From the IMG/VR virus record IMGVR_UViG_3300002821_000001: 36,760 nucleotides of DNA, one strand, 5' to 3'. Below, piece by piece: positions 33,558 through 36,760 of the stretch (position 1 is the stretch's first letter; the number at the start of each line of letters is the position of its first letter). Under the pieces are notes generated by a model. That model was given only the letters and a program-made list of their open reading frames with translations. It searched no databases and was not told the origin of the DNA. Both the position numbers and the translations under genes were made by a program. This DNA comes from a virus.

Positions 33558-34079
33558 GTGAAAGACAAAGTTAAAAAAATAAATAAGCCAAAGAAACCAA
33601 AGAAGAAAGTTCAAGTATTAAAGGGAACAGCACAAGCATTAATATATGGAACGCCGATTGCTACACTTGTAGGAATGGGAATTAGAGTATATGTTAACGA
33701 AACGCCAAGTTTAACTTTTTTAGATAACTTTACTTTCAAGTTTTCATTTTGGGCTATTATTGTTGGTCTTATAATCGTTCCCATTTACACGAAATTGTTG
33801 CGAGTAAAATTGCGTGATAAAATGCTTTTACAAGAGGGAAGAGATGGTTATGTAGCACCTAGATTTAGATTACTACAAACAGCGCAATATAGTATTTCTA
33901 TGTTGTTATTAATTGCGATTGTATTTATATTACGCATACTTGCTAGTAATGAAATGTTGACATTCTTATATATTAGTGGTGGTAGTGGTATCGTTGGCTA
34001 TACAATGCTTACAATAGATAGTATTAATAAGCAATCTAATAAAGAGTTAGAAGAAATAGAAAAAATACAAATAAAATAA
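33558..34079 (+). CDS. polytopic membrane protein (about 4 TM, GTG start, poly-Lys N-terminus)
   Basis: Four hydrophobic segments. KKINKPKKPKKK N-terminus. Confidence 0.5.
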   Translation: MKDKVKKINKPKKPKKKVQVLKGTAQALIYGTPIATLVGMGIRVYVNETPSLTFLDNFTFKFSFWAIIVGLIIVPIYTKLLRVKLRDKMLLQEGRDGYVAPRFRLLQTAQYSISMLLLIAIVFILRILASNEMLTFLYISGGSGIVGYTMLTIDSINKQSNKELEEIEKIQIK

Positions 34080-34094
34080 AGGGGAATAATTAAA

Positions 34095-35003
34095 ATGAAA
34101 AAACAAGGAATATTACCATACATTAGTGGTCTTATCACGCTTATAACGATTTTAACTTACGTTGGAATATTATTCATAAATGGGATTTATTTTAGTGCCG
34201 AGCAACAACCAATCGTCATATTTATAAGCGGAATTACAATACTTTCAATCTTTGCTAATATGGTGTCATATTGGTCTTTAGTCGAGCAATTAGTATTAGA
34301 TAGTGATGAGATTGTAAAAGCATTTAATGAGTATGATGATTATGTTAGAGATAATATTAAAGATACTTATGATTTTGATAAGGTAATAAATGAAGAATAT
34401 AATGCGTCAAAACGAGAACAAAAGCACCAACAAATTTATAATAAACTATTGTCAAAAGATTTTTTATTAAAGCATTACAATCGCGTTATCAATCGAAATA
34501 TGCCTAAAATAAGATTTGTTGAAACAAGCAAATATTATAAAAACAAAGAAAAAGTTTTAATTAGTCTTAAATCAAAAGTAGAACAATATATGTTTAAGAA
34601 AGATAGACGAGAGCAATTTTTGAATATGGTTTCCATAACTAAGTCTATTCGTTATCATCGCGTATCACCACATAATATTTTCACTAGAAATAGCACTAAA
34701 AATGACTTTGCTGACGGAATTAATAAGTTAGGTCGTCATCGTAATTTATTTTTAATCACTAGAACAATATCTGCAACTGCTACAACTTTCTTCCCAATCA
34801 TCTTTGTATTTTCAATTACTGGGCAAATAAATTCATCGTATATCGTTCCTATTAGTTTAGGTCTTGTTGCCGTTATAATTACAATATTACAAACAATTAT
34901 ATTTTCAAAACGATTTACAAAAAATGATACGATTGATTATCTTAATGATTTATTTTATATTTGTAAATGGTATGTTTCTTTTAAGTTAAAAGATAAAAAA
35001 TAA
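34095..35003 (+). CDS. membrane protein with 2 TM - soluble basic domain of about 150 aa - 2 TM architecture (302 aa)
   Basis: AAGGGGAA RBS. Hydrophobic pairs at both termini. Confidence 0.6.
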   Translation: MKKQGILPYISGLITLITILTYVGILFINGIYFSAEQQPIVIFISGITILSIFANMVSYWSLVEQLVLDSDEIVKAFNEYDDYVRDNIKDTYDFDKVINEEYNASKREQKHQQIYNKLLSKDFLLKHYNRVINRNMPKIRFVETSKYYKNKEKVLISLKSKVEQYMFKKDRREQFLNMVSITKSIRYHRVSPHNIFTRNSTKNDFADGINKLGRHRNLFLITRTISATATTFFPIIFVFSITGQINSSYIVPISLGLVAVIITILQTIIFSKRFTKNDTIDYLNDLFYICKWYVSFKLKDKK

Positions 35004-35165
35004 TACCCCCCCTATATTCACAACTTATTAAAATTAAAATATTTTTATGAGTAAATAACTTCATTACATTTTTCCTACAAGCATTATCAAAGAAAAAAAT
35101 ATGGGATATCTAGGCTTAAGTTAAATTCTATATACAATTTTTGAAATTGACATTGTCAAGTAAAA
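35004..35165. repeat. non-coding element copy B (homologous to 12502..12666)
   Basis: See copy A. Begins directly after the 34095..35003 stop codon. Confidence 0.8.
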
Positions 35166-35250
35166 CCACTTGACATGCCCTTTGATGACGTGCTTTTCTC
35201 GTTTGTAGACTGTGCCAGGTTGAGCGTTGTATTGCTCGTATTTGTTCCAT
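35128..35250 (-). CDS. basic micro-ORF B (40 aa)
   Basis: AAAGGGGTG RBS 3-5 nt before the ATG. MEQIRAIQRSTWHSLQTRKARHQRACQVVLLDNVNFKNCI. C-terminal NC(I/M)-stop aligns with micro-ORF A. Confidence 0.4.
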   Translation of the reverse strand: MEQIRAIQRSTWHSLQTRKARHQRACQVVLLDNVNFKNCI

Positions 35251-35316
35251 AAGCACCCCTTTAAGCAACGATTGGATTGGGTCGACATAATTAACCATAA
35301 GAACAAGTTTCGCGTG

Positions 35317-35345
35317 TTGTATGCTTACTAATCATTTGTTATAAT
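35317..35345 (+). promoter_or_regulatory. promoter TTGTAT-17-TGtTATAAT
   Basis: -35 at 35317..35322. Extended -10 at 35337..35345. Confidence 0.6.
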
Positions 35346-35351
35346 ACTAAT

Positions 35352-35438
35352 AGCCAATGGTGGTGCGTTTATCCCCCTTTCCGCATCAACCCCTTCACAT
35401 TGGCGAGAGCGGCTTTGAGAAATCATTGTCGCTTTTTT
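35352..35438 (+). ncRNA. candidate sRNA or leader of about 87 nt with two exposed C-rich motifs and an intrinsic terminator
   Basis: P1 is gccaatg (35353..35359) pairing with cattggc (35398..35404). An inner hairpin GGUGCG/CGCAUC has a CCCCC loop, and a second CCCC motif follows. The terminator is AGCGGC...GUCGCU followed by U6 (35408..35438). Confidence 0.45.
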
Positions 35439-35458
35439 ATTTTGTTGCCCGTTGCCTA

Positions 35459-35487
35459 TTGACATTATTATTTTGGCATTGTAATAT
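35459..35487 (+). promoter_or_regulatory. promoter TTGACA-17-TAATAT for the repeat-protein gene
   Basis: Consensus -35 at 35459..35464, -10 at 35482..35487. Confidence 0.6.
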
Positions 35488-35519
35488 TGTGGCGTATTCA
35501 TAAAAAGGGAGGGCAAATT

Positions 35520-36575
35520 ATGAACAAATACATTAAGGGCTATAAGGCGTTTGGTAAAGGGTTTATTTGCCAAGATAAGCAATACGAAATTGGAAAGACA
35601 TATGTTGAAATGGGAACTAAAATGTGCGAAAAGGGTTTAATGCACTTTTGCAAAAAACCATTCGATGTTTTCAATTATTATCCGCTAATTGACAATAAAG
35701 GCAACATAACTGAATTTGCTCGTGTAAAATCATTGGCAACTGAAACAATGGAAGAAGAAGATAAATGTGGTAGTCGTGAATTAACTATTATTGATAAAAT
35801 CACACTAAAAGATTTAATTGGCGATGAAGTTAAAACCTTATTAAAATTATGTAAAAATGCTACTACGGGTTATGGGGCTCACTCGGCTACTACGGGTAAT
35901 TTGGCTCATTCGGCTACTACGGGTGTTGGGGCTCACTCCGCTACTACGGGCGATATGGCTCACTCCGTTACAACGGGTTATATGGCTCATTCGGCTACTA
36001 CGGGTGTTGGGGCTCACTCGGCTACTACGGGTTATGGGGCTCACTCGGTAACAACGGGTGATTGGGCTCACTCGGTAACAACGGGTGATTGGGCTCACTC
36101 GGTAACAACGGGTGATTGGGCTCACTCGGTAACAACGGGTGATTGGGCTCGTTCCGCTACTACGGGTAATGAGGCTCACTCGGCTACTACGGGTTATATG
36201 GCTCGTTCCGCTACTACGGGTTATATGGCTCATTCGGCTACTACGGGTTATATGGCTCGTTCCGCTACTACGGGTAATGAGGCTCACTCGGTAACAACGG
36301 GTGATTGGGCTCACTCGGTAACAACGGGTGATTGGGCTCACTCCGCTACTACGGGTTATGGGGCTCACTCGGTAACAACGGGTAAAAACGCTATTGCTTG
36401 TGCGTTGGGTAATGGTAGTAAAGCCAAAGCGTCAAAAGGGGCTTGGATTGTTTTAACCGAATATGATAAAAATGGTAATATATTATCGGTTCAAACCATA
36501 AAAGTTGATGATGACAAAATCAAAGCAAACACTTATTACACGCTTAAAAACGGGCAATTTGTGATTGCGGAATAA
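35520..36575 (+). CDS. repeat protein: N-terminal domain of about 115 aa, 20 tandem 9-aa repeats (HS[AV]TTGxxA), and a C-terminal domain of about 60 aa
   Basis: AAAAGGGAGGG RBS before ATG 35520. The N-terminal KGYKAF..GF.C.D.QYE.GKTY......C..G.HFC..P.DV..YY module resembles one I recall at the start of other solenoid-repeat hypothetical proteins. Confidence 0.7.
   Translation: MNKYIKGYKAFGKGFICQDKQYEIGKTYVEMGTKMCEKGLMHFCKKPFDVFNYYPLIDNKGNITEFARVKSLATETMEEEDKCGSRELTIIDKITLKDLIGDEVKTLLKLCKNATTGYGAHSATTGNLAHSATTGVGAHSATTGDMAHSVTTGYMAHSATTGVGAHSATTGYGAHSVTTGDWAHSVTTGDWAHSVTTGDWAHSVTTGDWARSATTGNEAHSATTGYMARSATTGYMAHSATTGYMARSATTGNEAHSVTTGDWAHSVTTGDWAHSATTGYGAHSVTTGKNAIACALGNGSKAKASKGAWIVLTEYDKNGNILSVQTIKVDDDKIKANTYYTLKNGQFVIAE
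35859..36397 (+). repeat. about 20 tandem 27-bp repeats
   Basis: The unit gctactacgggtNNNNNNgctcactcg recurs. Variation is concentrated in the two codons after GGT. Confidence 0.9.
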
Positions 36576-36592
36576 AACAAGGAGAAACAATT

Positions 36593-36760
36593 ATGAAAAA
36601 AAGTCCGTTATCTAATATAGTAGCAATGTTAGGAACTATCGCTGGTATGACCGCTAATACACCTAGCCACTCATATAATCAAGCAACCGAAACTTATTAC
36701 AAAAAGGGCAATAGTTATTGGTATAAACATGGTAATCATAAACCCGTTCAAATTAGCAAA
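36593..36760 (+). CDS. small ORF (64 aa in total) continuing across the circular junction to 52
   Basis: AAGGAGAAA RBS. N-terminal hydrophobic segment LSNIVAMLGTIAGM. Confidence 0.5.
   Translation, partial: MKKSPLSNIVAMLGTIAGMTANTPSHSYNQATETYYKKGNSYWYKHGNHKPVQISK

Noticed and set aside
35121-35582. Minus-strand track ORFs 35121..35306 (TTG start) and 35328..35582
   Set aside because: Neither has an RBS, and both overlap promoter and sRNA signals. The 40-aa ORF in another frame (35128..35250), which has an AAAGGGGTG RBS, is the better candidate.
35847-36368. 173-aa minus-strand ORF and 64-aa + ORF (35857..36051) inside the 27-bp repeat array
   Set aside because: The frames are kept open by the repeat periodicity. 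Neither has an RBS, and the sense frame is supported by flanking non-repeat domains and a strong RBS.
28122-36575. Diversity-generating retroelement acting on the fibre or the 9-aa-repeat protein
   Set aside because: There is no reverse transcriptase ORF, no template/variable repeat pair and no adenine-specific mismatch pattern. Variation is between tandem units, not between a TR/VR pair.
1-36760. Mycoplasma or Spiroplasma (genetic code 4) phage, as an explanation for the missing endolysin
   Set aside because: TGA clearly terminates several well-supported genes, for example at 4715..4717, 10569..10571, 13671..13673 and 24762..24764. Trp is encoded by TGG throughout.

Overview
The window is a complete, circularly closed, AT-rich dsDNA phage genome. 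The first 25 bp are identical to the last 25 bp, leaving 36,735 bp of unique sequence. The genetic code is standard: TGA is used as a stop and TGG encodes Trp. Shine-Dalgarno sites are G-rich and Firmicutes-like (AAAGGGGGAA).

Almost everything is on the + strand. In order:
- Recombination module: YqaJ-like exonuclease, DUF1351-like protein, RecT.
- YopX and a replisome organizer with internal iterons.
- Orphan C5 cytosine methyltransferase, metallophosphoesterase, many small early ORFs, RusA.
- A roughly 1.1 kb regulatory hub at 12.1-13.25 kb.
- An ISL3-family IS inserted in a terminator T-tract.
- A 1.2 kb ORF-free, repeat-dense region.
- TerL, portal, scaffold and a P22-like coat protein.
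- Head/tail proteins with no recognisable tape measure, then a 1352-aa fibre with 12 tandem 42-bp repeats.
- A cassette at the lysis position made only of membrane and coiled-coil proteins.
- A separately promoted protein with 20 repeats of 9 aa.

I recognise no integrase, CI-like repressor, small terminase or endolysin.

Most interesting observations:
1. A minus-strand 74-nt tRNA-like RNA with alanine identity (G3.U70, A73, encoded CCA). It has a tmRNA-TLD-like 5' segment but no anticodon arm or mRNA-like domain.
2. Two diverged copies of a roughly 165-bp non-coding element, each tied to a minus-strand basic micro-ORF and a divergent strong + promoter.
3. A perfect 24-bp inverted repeat bracketing a 62-aa ORF. 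Its left arm also forms an anti-SD hairpin.
4. The ORF-free iteron region and the purine-rich N-terminal extension of TerL.
5. The repeat protein with variable di-residues and a C-rich sRNA-like leader.

All functional calls rest on motif recognition by eye; no searches were run.
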